IMG/VR virus record: IMGVR_UViG_3300044639_000797
DNA: 20,000 nt
Source of the DNA: an uncultured virus (IMG/VR IMGVR_UViG_3300044639_000797)
Lineage: Duplodnaviria; Heunggongvirae; Uroviricota; Caudoviricetes
Direction: 5' to 3' (one strand)
In this document: positions 9,305-16,049 of the stretch, one piece after another
Position numbering within the stretch: the stretch's first letter is position 1
Layout of the letters: every line of letters begins with the position of its first letter
Notes under the pieces: generated by a model
Told to the model about the DNA's origin: nothing
What the model saw: the letters and a program-made list of their open reading frames with translations, nothing else
Databases searched by the model: none
Translations under genes and position numbers: made by a program

Positions 9305-9475
9305 CTATGTTTTATTAATTACTTTCCAAGCACTATACTTTTTAAATGGTACAGCTTGCTCACGATTCCACATCCAAATGCTACCCCCATGTCTTGAGGT
9401 TCTTAATGTCCAAGCAAGATTTCTAATACCGTACTTGCGTTTGTCTAACTTCCAAGCTACTACACCGTGTAACAT
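9305..9475 (-). CDS. 56-aa basic, Trp-rich protein (not in the ORF track)
   Basis: AGGAGG RBS; MLHGVVAWKLDKRKYGIRNLAWTLRTSRHGGSIWMWNREQAVPFKKYSAWKVINKT*; fills the gap. Confidence 0.7.
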   Translation of the reverse strand: MLHGVVAWKLDKRKYGIRNLAWTLRTSRHGGSIWMWNREQAVPFKKYSAWKVINKT

Positions 9476-9483
9476 ATAACCTC

Positions 9484-10356
9484 CTAAAATAAGTCCAGTA
9501 TGGCATCTACGTCACGCTTCAAGGTAACACGTACATAGTCGCTATCTTTAATGTCTTTACTATCAATACCAGTAAAGCTGTCCTCTAACTTAATACGCAT
9601 AGCCTCTAGCTGTGTGTCGCCCTTGATATTGAAATGCGTAAGCAACCCACACAACTCACGTGTGTTCTCCAACACACTATCGTATATCTTGCCCTTACTG
9701 CCGTCCTCATTAGTACGCAACCCAAAGCTAAGCTGAGTAAGTATCCTGTGCAACCTGTCGTATGCGTCAGCATGTACCTTCTCTATGTTTGCATTGTACA
9801 TTGCATCGTACTGGTCTTTCAGGTCGTTAAGCCCCTCGTTACCTATATCAATACGCCAGTCGCCTGACTCTGGCAATGGGTTGTACCGTACTACAAAGCC
9901 GAACTTGCTTATAACCTCCTGTGCATCAGGATACTCAGCTCTATCAAAGAGCGTACCTAACTGGAACGCCGCCGCACTTACCCTTAAGTTGTAATCTGCA
10001 ATAAAGTCATTCACTAAGCCCCAATACTGCTTCTCAAGTCGTGCCATCTCACTCTTATAAATGAAGAACTGAGCAGTCGTAAGCAACCTATCGCCATTGT
10101 CATTCCACGGTGATGTCTGTGTCATGTGGTAAGTACGAATTAACCCTGCCAGCTTTTGGATTGCCGCAAGTGAGTCATCACCTGCTAACAAGTTCTTGTG
10201 GTAGTTCCCCGCCTTAGTACGTGTTGAGTTACTGATGTCTACATCATTGCTGACTTTCTTATCCAGCTTGCGAGCTGTCCACAAAGAGATTGAAAGAGAT
10301 ACCAGCATAGCTGAACTGCTTAATGATTTTACGTTTGTATTTGTATTTGATGTCAT
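9484..10356 (-). CDS. DUF3150-like phage protein
   Basis: Start moved to ATG 10356 behind GGAG; AMLVSLSISLWTARKLDK, T.PW...G.RLL, LGTLFD..EYP pattern recalled for this family, which often lies beside AAA/VWA genes. Confidence 0.65.
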   Translation of the reverse strand: MTSNTNTNVKSLSSSAMLVSLSISLWTARKLDKKVSNDVDISNSTRTKAGNYHKNLLAGDDSLAAIQKLAGLIRTYHMTQTSPWNDNGDRLLTTAQFFIYKSEMARLEKQYWGLVNDFIADYNLRVSAAAFQLGTLFDRAEYPDAQEVISKFGFVVRYNPLPESGDWRIDIGNEGLNDLKDQYDAMYNANIEKVHADAYDRLHRILTQLSFGLRTNEDGSKGKIYDSVLENTRELCGLLTHFNIKGDTQLEAMRIKLEDSFTGIDSKDIKDSDYVRVTLKRDVDAILDLF

Positions 10357-10379
10357 GATGTTCTCCAAAATTAAAAGGT

Positions 10380-10393
10380 GGGTACTTGTACCC
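10380..10393. repeat. Palindrome copy 3, GGGTACTTGTACCC
   Basis: 24 nt upstream of ATG 10356. Confidence 0.95.
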
Positions 10394-10413
10394 AATAAAA
10401 AGAAACCTGTTGC

Positions 10414-10737
10414 TTAACTTATATATGTGGCAACCTTTACTGCATCACCACACTCGCTATACTTCACTAGCACTCCACTAAAAAATGAATCGTTGTGGTA
10501 TCCGTCCCACCCTTTGAAAGGTATGTTCTCTTTGAAAGGCGCGTTGTAATTTACTCGCATGAAGTCCCCCAGAAAGTAACACCACTTCCTATATCTAAAG
10601 AACGAACAATCGTTTACATCTTCTCCGCTCTCGCTGTCATTAAGATACGCATACTCCTCCTGCTCTTTTGGCAATAGGTCGTACCAATACAACACAGGGC
10701 GGTATTTGTTATCAGTTATAATCTTTAACTCGCTCAT
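10414..10737 (-). CDS. Hypothetical phage protein (WDGY..DSFFSGVLVK family)
   Basis: Start at ATG 10737 (ATGA overlap). Confidence 0.78.
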   Translation of the reverse strand: MSELKIITDNKYRPVLYWYDLLPKEQEEYAYLNDSESGEDVNDCSFFRYRKWCYFLGDFMRVNYNAPFKENIPFKGWDGYHNDSFFSGVLVKYSECGDAVKVATYIS

Positions 10738-11030
10738 GACATACACCCAATAATAATATTCTCACCGTCCCAATACTCACCGTTTAAATACCAAACTCCT
10801 TTTTTCTGTACTATGCTCACACCAGCTAACCCATTCAACCGTTCCTTAGTAGTGGGTGTGAACCAACCGCAGTTGGTGATGGTATAAGCTAGAGGTGTAC
10901 GCTGTGCTATGCAGTTGCCATGCAATAACAATTTAATTACGTTACCTTCTACAGTAACCTTTGTATTACCCCGACTAAAATATGCCCCACTATGAAAGTG
11001 GTCAGCCGCTAATGATGTTATGTTTCTCAT
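10734..11030 (-). CDS. Hypothetical phage protein (LHGNCIA...GW.T.TTKERLN family)
   Basis: ORF track; AGGAG RBS. Confidence 0.8.
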   Translation of the reverse strand: MRNITSLAADHFHSGAYFSRGNTKVTVEGNVIKLLLHGNCIAQRTPLAYTITNCGWFTPTTKERLNGLAGVSIVQKKGVWYLNGEYWDGENIIIGCMS

Positions 11031-11051
11031 TTGATTCTCCTAAAGGTTATG

Positions 11052-11065
11052 GGGTACTTGTACCC
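11052..11065. repeat. Palindrome copy 4, GGGTACTTGTACCC
   Basis: 22 nt upstream of ATG 11030. Confidence 0.95.
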
Positions 11066-11115
11066 GATTCGTCAGCCCCTTAAGGGGGCGAGGCTTTACT
11101 CAACTACTGGTACAT

Positions 11116-11144
11116 ATTATACAGTAAAACTCCTTATATGTCAA
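11116..11144 (-). promoter_or_regulatory. Consensus sigma70 promoter
   Basis: TTGACA-17 nt-TATAAT on the minus strand. Confidence 0.9.
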
Positions 11145-11422
11145 GGGGTTAGAACATATTGTTCACCTCCTTTCTTAACTTTCTCAACCTTAGCCATTTG
11201 CACAGGCTTCTCACAAGGCTTACTTAAATAGTACAGGCAATACCCTGCACCTGATAGGGATAACACAAGGGCTAACACCAACCCTGCACAGATGTTTCTA
11301 TAGTGGTCTACATAGTCTGCCAGTATGTCCACCTCTTCCTCATGTTGTTTCATAATGCGGTTCAATGCCTCACTACGTAGGCGTGTTTCTTGTTCTGTTC
11401 GTATCTCTTGTTGTGCTTTCAT
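11141..11422 (-). CDS. Hypothetical single-transmembrane protein
   Basis: ICAGLVLALVLSLSGAGYCLYYL; AGGA RBS. Confidence 0.7.
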   Translation of the reverse strand: MKAQQEIRTEQETRLRSEALNRIMKQHEEEVDILADYVDHYRNICAGLVLALVLSLSGAGYCLYYLSKPCEKPVQMAKVEKVKKGGEQYVLTP

Positions 11423-11448
11423 GTTTTTATCCTGTTAGTTGTGTGGTT

Positions 11449-11462
11449 GGGTACAAGTACCC
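11449..11462. repeat. Palindrome copy 5, GGGTACAAGTACCC
   Basis: 27 nt upstream of ATG 11422; flanks extend the symmetry (TT...AA). Confidence 0.95.
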
Positions 11463-11605
11463 AATGGTTGGGGTGTATCAGCACAAGGCGGTAAAACGTA
11501 CATATAATAGGCTGCCCTGCCTGATACCTCTGCGGTTAATTCAAACGCCCACTCACAGATATACGGCGTCTGGGCTTATTCACCTACCCAGCTTAGGTCA
11601 CACAT

Positions 11606-11731
11606 TTAACTATTTTTTAATGCTAACATTTCTTGGTACGTTCCTGTCGCTATAATTCTATAGCTGTTTCTTACATCTGTTCCTTTGCACACTATGATGT
11701 TACCGTGTGCGTTCTGTTGTGCTGAGTACAT
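11606..11731 (-). CDS. 41-aa hypothetical protein (not in the ORF track)
   Basis: AAGGA RBS; MYSAQQNAHGNIIVCKGTDVRNSYRIIATGTYQEMLALKNS*. Confidence 0.7.
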   Translation of the reverse strand: MYSAQQNAHGNIIVCKGTDVRNSYRIIATGTYQEMLALKNS

Positions 11732-11906
11732 AGGGGTTTCCTTTTAGTAGTAGGGTTAATAAGGTTTCATCTGTTTTAGTTGCTATAAAGTTTTTACACC
11801 GCTCAGTAAATTCCGTTTCATCAGCTATGGGGGCATAGCTATTCGCTGCTTTTAGCATACGCTCTAATAACATCTCTGATATTTTCTCACGCTCTTCACT
11901 TGTCAT
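11700..11906 (-). CDS. Hypothetical protein, paralog of 11896-12081
   Basis: MTSEEREKISEMLLERML. Confidence 0.72.
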   Translation of the reverse strand: MTSEEREKISEMLLERMLKAANSYAPIADETEFTERCKNFIATKTDETLLTLLLKGNPYVLSTTERTR

Positions 11907-12081
11907 CGTCTACTCCCAATAGCTCAGCTATCAGTTTTTCATCGCTATATTTGTTTAGATAAAATCTTATATACAAGTCAGTCTTAAGGTCAATACTAAG
12001 GTCAGACCATGCTATACTATTCTCTTCTAGCATACGCTCTATCAATATATCTGATATTTTCTCACGCTCTTCCTTAGTCAT
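11896..12081 (-). CDS. Hypothetical protein, paralog of 11700-11906
   Basis: MTKEEREKISDILIERML. Confidence 0.72.
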   Translation of the reverse strand: MTKEEREKISDILIERMLEENSIAWSDLSIDLKTDLYIRFYLNKYSDEKLIAELLGVDDDK

Positions 12082-12659
12082 GATAGCGACCCGTCCTCTT
12101 CAAAGTCCATGTATTCCACACCTTCAAAGAAGTTATCCATAGAAAACTCATACTCATAAGCGTTCTCCAGCTCACGGTACAGTTGCCGCATATGCTCTCT
12201 GCATTGCTCTAATATGTCAGGCTCAGCCTGAGTCATTATGTCATCGAACTTACCTAAGTCATTAGTCCATATCTCCCACTCAAGCGTTATAGTGTTCTCG
12301 TGGTAATAACTATGGTGCTGTGTTTTTCGTAAGAGTAAGGTGTACTCACCATAGTCGTCTGACAATGTATCAAACGGTACTGTGCTTAGGTACAGCTCAG
12401 CATGATTCTTCTTTAAATCAGGGTGTGCCTCAAGAAACTCTTTTAAGTTTATAACACCTTCAAAACTAGCACCATCTCCCTGTGAGTGAAAGCCTGTGAA
12501 GTGCATATCATACACCTCCGTATCAATGCCTATTGCTCCTAGCCTTTCCACCCAGTCTTCGAGCACATGATGTGCCCAATGGTTGTCATAGAGCTCCCTG
12601 TTTTTAAAGCTCTCAAAGGCATGTTCCTTTGCCTCGTCTGATAATTCGTTATAGTTCAT
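12078..12659 (-). CDS. Acidic hypothetical phage protein (ELSDEAK..A / F.GF.SQGDGASF family)
   Basis: ORF track; AGGAG RBS. Confidence 0.8.
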   Translation of the reverse strand: MNYNELSDEAKEHAFESFKNRELYDNHWAHHVLEDWVERLGAIGIDTEVYDMHFTGFHSQGDGASFEGVINLKEFLEAHPDLKKNHAELYLSTVPFDTLSDDYGEYTLLLRKTQHHSYYHENTITLEWEIWTNDLGKFDDIMTQAEPDILEQCREHMRQLYRELENAYEYEFSMDNFFEGVEYMDFEEDGSLS

Positions 12660-12668
12660 CGTTTGCTC

Positions 12669-12836
12669 CTACGCATACCATTTAGGTAATGCTTTATACT
12701 CTTTTACTAAGTTGGGGTACTCAGCTTCAAGCAATTTGCACAGCAGTCTGTCTGCATATAAGTGTACGCTCTCTATGTCCCCTTTATGTTCATCACATAA
12801 AGTTTTTAATTGTTCTAATGCTTGTTGCTCATTCAT
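12669..12836 (-). CDS. Hypothetical protein (DIESVH..AD.LLC...KWYA)
   Basis: Start moved to ATG 12836 behind AGGA. Confidence 0.72.
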   Translation of the reverse strand: MNEQQALEQLKTLCDEHKGDIESVHLYADRLLCKLLEAEYPNLVKEYKALPKWYA

Positions 12837-12863
12837 TGTCTGTGTCCTATTAAGTGTTGTTAT

Positions 12864-12877
12864 GGGTACTTGTACCC
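12864..12877. repeat. Palindrome copy 6, GGGTACTTGTACCC
   Basis: 28 nt upstream of ATG 12836. Confidence 0.95.
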
Positions 12878-13000
12878 AACTTATTCTTCTTCCATCTCTA
12901 CAGTAAAGAACGCACACACGTCCCAATACTCCCACTCTTCTTCTGTTTGTGGTGTTTCTAAGCGACTGTTTCTTTGTATGTGTTACTACGCTGGTTAGGG

Positions 13001-13261
13001 TTATACCTCCAATACAATTTCCTCCTTGTTTTCGTCCCATACATAATATCCATATTTAATCTCCTTCCACTCTTCCATGAGATGGTCGTGTTGGGTTCCC
13101 CAACCACAGTAAACCGTAGATGAATCCCTTCTTTCATTTAGAATGTCCGCTTCTAAAGCCTTAATCTCACCGTCAATACGGTGAAGTTCTGATGCTCTTT
13201 CAGCATCGTTTTTTCTGTTCATTGCTTTTATTAAAGCAGTTACTGAATTTTTTGTTTTCAT
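13001..13261 (-). CDS. Hypothetical protein
   Basis: ORF track; first gene behind the 13366-13394 promoter. Confidence 0.72.
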   Translation of the reverse strand: MKTKNSVTALIKAMNRKNDAERASELHRIDGEIKALEADILNERRDSSTVYCGWGTQHDHLMEEWKEIKYGYYVWDENKEEIVLEV

Positions 13262-13288
13262 TGTCGTATTCCTATTAATAAGTGTTAT

Positions 13289-13302
13289 GGGTACTTGTAC
13301 CC
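13289..13302. repeat. Palindrome copy 7, GGGTACTTGTACCC
   Basis: 28 nt upstream of ATG 13261. Confidence 0.95.
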
Positions 13303-13365
13303 GAGTTAGTGGTCAGCTCCTTAAGGGAGCGAATCTTTCTTCTCTTTCTTCAAACTACAGGACAT

Positions 13366-13394
13366 ATTATACGCCCTTTCCTAGTGTGTGTCAA
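13366..13394 (-). promoter_or_regulatory. Consensus sigma70 promoter with an overlapping IHF-consensus site
   Basis: TTGACA-17 nt-TATAAT; AATCAAGGACTTG (WATCAANNNNTTR) at 13392-13404 on the minus strand. Confidence 0.9.
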
Positions 13395-13420
13395 GTCCTT
13401 GATTTATTTAGCTTTTATTT

Positions 13421-13440
13421 AGGGGAATGGGGATTCCCCT
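13421..13440. terminator. Terminator-like hairpin just downstream of the 13445-14722 gene
   Basis: AGGGGAAT-gggg-ATTCCCCT; the T-run is on the + strand side, so the direction is uncertain. Confidence 0.4.
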
Positions 13441-13444
13441 GTTT

Positions 13445-14722
13445 TTACTTGCTTTCTTTAGAGACCTGTTTCTTTGTCACCAATATGTCGCCGTTCCTTA
13501 GCTTCTGTTTGAACCCTTTCAGCTTAGCTACTCGTTTCTCGAACTCTCGTATGGCATCAGCCTCACTCCACGCATAAAAGTCAGGTATCTTGCCTCTCTC
13601 TACCACTCCTTGCACCACCCATTGCCCTTTAATATGCTTTATGTTGCGTGTGTGCCCATACACTCTCTTACACGCACGTGCGCGCACCTGCTTCTTTAAT
13701 GTAGGGTCTTTAGTTATAGTCGCCGTACTGACAGCGTCAGGCTTGATGTTGTCCCATCTTAAGTTGAGTGGGTCGCCGTCCCTGCATGGCTTGCGTCTGG
13801 GCTTGTTGGTCTTGTGGTCGTATAGCTTCAGACCCTCTGGTGCTATGGTGGTATTTACCCTGTATGCGTTATCAATGCCGCGAGTGTAGTTCCAGTCGCC
13901 TCCTGCACCCATATAAAGGTATGCTAGTTGATTGGCAGTGTATTCTTTCCCTAACAACACTATGCGTACGTATGGATTGTTCTTTTTAAGGTAGTATGGC
14001 ACTCTTATCAGCTCGTCTGTCGCTCCTTGTGGTGCTTTCTTTGCATAGAACAGTCGGTATATGTCCGTTTGGGGTTCTTTCTGGTTCTGGTTCTGATTCT
14101 GTGCTTGTGCTTGTGCTTGTGCTTGTGCTGTTAAATACGCCTCCTCATTCACCATATGATAACCTGACAACCTTGCTGGCTTGCGTGGTAGTTTGCTCTT
14201 GTCCTTTGCCTTTGCATTGGGCTGTTTTGTATGCTTACTTGGTGGCTTAGTTGGTGGCATTACTACTCTACCTGCTCTTTTACCTGCTAGTGAGCCTGTT
14301 TGCCACTCAAATGTGCCTTCCTCTGGGTCGTAGTATAAGTGGTGCTTCAGTTGCTCTTGTGTTAGTGGTTGCGCTCGTGCTTGCAGTCGCCGTTCTTTGT
14401 CTTGGGTACGTGTACCCGATATTGCATCTTCTATCGCCGTCTTTACGTAATGTTTAAGTAGTAGGGTCTCTTTGCCAGTGTTAGGGTTAGTGTATATATA
14501 GTTAGCCAGTGCTGTTAGTTCATCTATTACTGCATTACGTCTATCTCTTTTCTCTATCTGTTCTTGCATCGACAGTCTTTTTTGCAGCTCTTTCTTTTCC
14601 CTCTCTGCTTGTTTGCTTAAAGCGTATTTATACCGTCTGTATTCATTCGCATGAATTCTATTTAATCTTGATGCTTCAGATAGTCCTAAGTAGTATTGTG
14701 CTGTTCTTTTTATAGGTTGCAT
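13445..14722 (-). CDS. Large basic protein built on a degenerate HNH homing-endonuclease scaffold
   Basis: LTQEQLKHHLYYDPEEGTFEW..AGKRAG, YVRIVLLGKEYTANQLAYLYMG and CRDGDPLNLRWDNI match HNH_3-type segments in order, separated by insertions. Confidence 0.7.
   Translation of the reverse strand: MQPIKRTAQYYLGLSEASRLNRIHANEYRRYKYALSKQAEREKKELQKRLSMQEQIEKRDRRNAVIDELTALANYIYTNPNTGKETLLLKHYVKTAIEDAISGTRTQDKERRLQARAQPLTQEQLKHHLYYDPEEGTFEWQTGSLAGKRAGRVVMPPTKPPSKHTKQPNAKAKDKSKLPRKPARLSGYHMVNEEAYLTAQAQAQAQAQNQNQNQKEPQTDIYRLFYAKKAPQGATDELIRVPYYLKKNNPYVRIVLLGKEYTANQLAYLYMGAGGDWNYTRGIDNAYRVNTTIAPEGLKLYDHKTNKPRRKPCRDGDPLNLRWDNIKPDAVSTATITKDPTLKKQVRARACKRVYGHTRNIKHIKGQWVVQGVVERGKIPDFYAWSEADAIREFEKRVAKLKGFKQKLRNGDILVTKKQVSKESK
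14082..14129. repeat. In-frame hexamer microsatellite, (TGGTTC/TGATTC)x3 plus (TGTGCT)x5
   Basis: Encodes AQAQAQAQAQNQNQNQ on the minus strand. Confidence 0.9.
14404..14417. repeat. Palindrome copy 8, GGGTACGTGTACCC (intragenic)
   Basis: Inside 13445-14722, read as S-G-T-R-T-Q. Confidence 0.95.
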
Positions 14723-14756
14723 TTGATTTGTCCTTTTGGGGTGTTTTGAGGCTGTA

Positions 14757-14786
14757 ATTGTAGTACACGTGTCACATAAAAATCAA
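14757..14786 (-). promoter_or_regulatory. Possible weaker sigma70 promoter for 13445-14722
   Basis: TTGATT-18 nt-TACAAT on the minus strand. Confidence 0.4.
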
Positions 14787-14794
14787 GATATACG

Positions 14795-15086
14795 TTGACA
14801 ATGAACAACTAAAAATTCTGTAAGGGCACGTAGAATGGGCTTGTGACGGAGTAGGTAAGGCAAAAAATAGCGTTATTAAAGATTTGGAATTATGAGAGAG
14901 GAAGAACAAAAAGAAGTAAAAAAACATATATTCCCCTGTGACACCTACTACACAGGGAAAAAGAAGAAATTTTGAAAAACTTTTCTCTCTATATATATAT
15001 TATAATAATAATAATAATAATAAGACCTTTTTTTTCTACCCCTCACCACTGCTGGGCTCACAGGAATTTTAGTTGTTCATTGTCAA
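14795..15086. repeat. 30-bp imperfect inverted repeats (14795-14824 / 15057-15086) around an AT-rich core
   Basis: TTGACAATGAACAACTAAAA (20 bp) is identical in both arms; the core has (CT)n, (AT)n and (ATA)n runs. Confidence 0.85.
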
Positions 15087-15336
15087 TGCATTGCGCCCTA
15101 TTTTCTGTTACACGAGTTTCTCACCTACTCACTATCCTTATGCTAAACATCACCATCACGCATACACATTACAGACAACTAGCATGTTCTTTATAAAGCG
15201 ATTTAAGGCTCATTTAGGGCAATGTAGCACTTTTTTATTATCGACGCGTAAAGGGCATGCTACTTCGCTTAAATCGCATAGCTTAGTTTAGTAAAAGAAA
15301 CAGGTATCAAATTCGGCGCGTGGCTGAATTTTAGAC

Positions 15337-15362
15337 AAAAAAAAGCCCTCTTTCGAGGGCTT
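15337..15362 (-). terminator. Rho-independent terminator
   Basis: Minus strand AAGCCCTC-GAAA-GAGGGC-TTTTTTTT, just after the 15383 stop. Confidence 0.9.
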
Positions 15363-15369
15363 GGTGTTC

Positions 15370-15383
15370 GGGTACGTGTACCC
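15370..15383. repeat. Palindrome copy 9, GGGTACGTGTACCC
   Basis: Overlaps the TAG stop, just before the terminator. Confidence 0.95.
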
Positions 15384-16024
15384 TATTTTGTTTCACGCTC
15401 CACGTAGGCGTTTATATCTTTTGCCAGAACTAGCAGTTCTGGTAGACTCAGATACTTAACAAGGCTGTTAAGGCTTGCATCAACCTTTTTCTGGCTAGCA
15501 TCACCTATTTTAAGGTCAGGTTTGAGTGCAACCTTAGTTGGTTGCTCAACAGTGTTTTTACTGGCTGGTGTAGCGTCATGGGTACTTGTACCCGAAACTT
15601 CAGCTTTTATCCTATCTTGTACGGCTTGTAACTCTTTTTCGGTTAGTGCCTTGCTTGCCTTTTCAGCCTTAACAAATGCCGCCTTCTTAACCGCTAGCTC
15701 TTCAATACTAAGCAAGCGCACTTTTTCAATAGTGCTAGTGCTATCGAGGTATGATGCAAAGTTTTTGGCGCGTGTCCCATTACTATCTAGCCAATTACAA
15801 TATACGGTCGATAGTTCAAAAGCTTGTACTCGCTTGTGGTCGGTATATAGTCCTTTTGCGATACTGCGAATTGCGTCGCGGGTTGGATTGGTTGCCATAA
15901 TAGCAAGACTTTCTTTTTTAAACAGCTCAATATCCTTGTTATCAAACAGCCTATTGGCTATAAGGCTTAAAGCAGTTAGTTTAATAGTTAAAGTTTCAGT
16001 TTGTTTTTTAGTGTTAGTAGTCAT
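15383..16024 (-). CDS. Hypothetical Lys/Ala-rich protein; first gene of the leftward arm, monocistronic
   Basis: Start moved to ATG 16024 behind AGGA; has its own promoter and terminator. Confidence 0.8.
   Translation of the reverse strand: MTTNTKKQTETLTIKLTALSLIANRLFDNKDIELFKKESLAIMATNPTRDAIRSIAKGLYTDHKRVQAFELSTVYCNWLDSNGTRAKNFASYLDSTSTIEKVRLLSIEELAVKKAAFVKAEKASKALTEKELQAVQDRIKAEVSGTSTHDATPASKNTVEQPTKVALKPDLKIGDASQKKVDASLNSLVKYLSLPELLVLAKDINAYVERETK
15580..15593. repeat. Palindrome copy 10, GGGTACTTGTACCC (intragenic)
   Basis: Inside 15383-16024, read as S-G-T-S-T-H. Confidence 0.95.
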
Positions 16025-16049
16025 TTGATTAAGTCCTATTAAGATGGTT

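Noticed and set aside
14795..15086. TTGACA in the inverted-repeat arms as convergent promoters
   Set aside because: There is no -10 hexamer at 16-18 nt spacing in either arm.
14972..15291. ORFs 14972-15196 and 15073-15291
   Set aside because: Their translations arise from microsatellite and low-complexity DNA (YIYIIIIIII), with no RBS.
864..16028. Plus-strand ORFs in the track within the leftward arm (e.g. 1253-1507, 4030-4338, 6993-7382, 15522-16028)
   Set aside because: They are antisense shadows of well-supported minus-strand genes, with no RBS or recognisable motifs.
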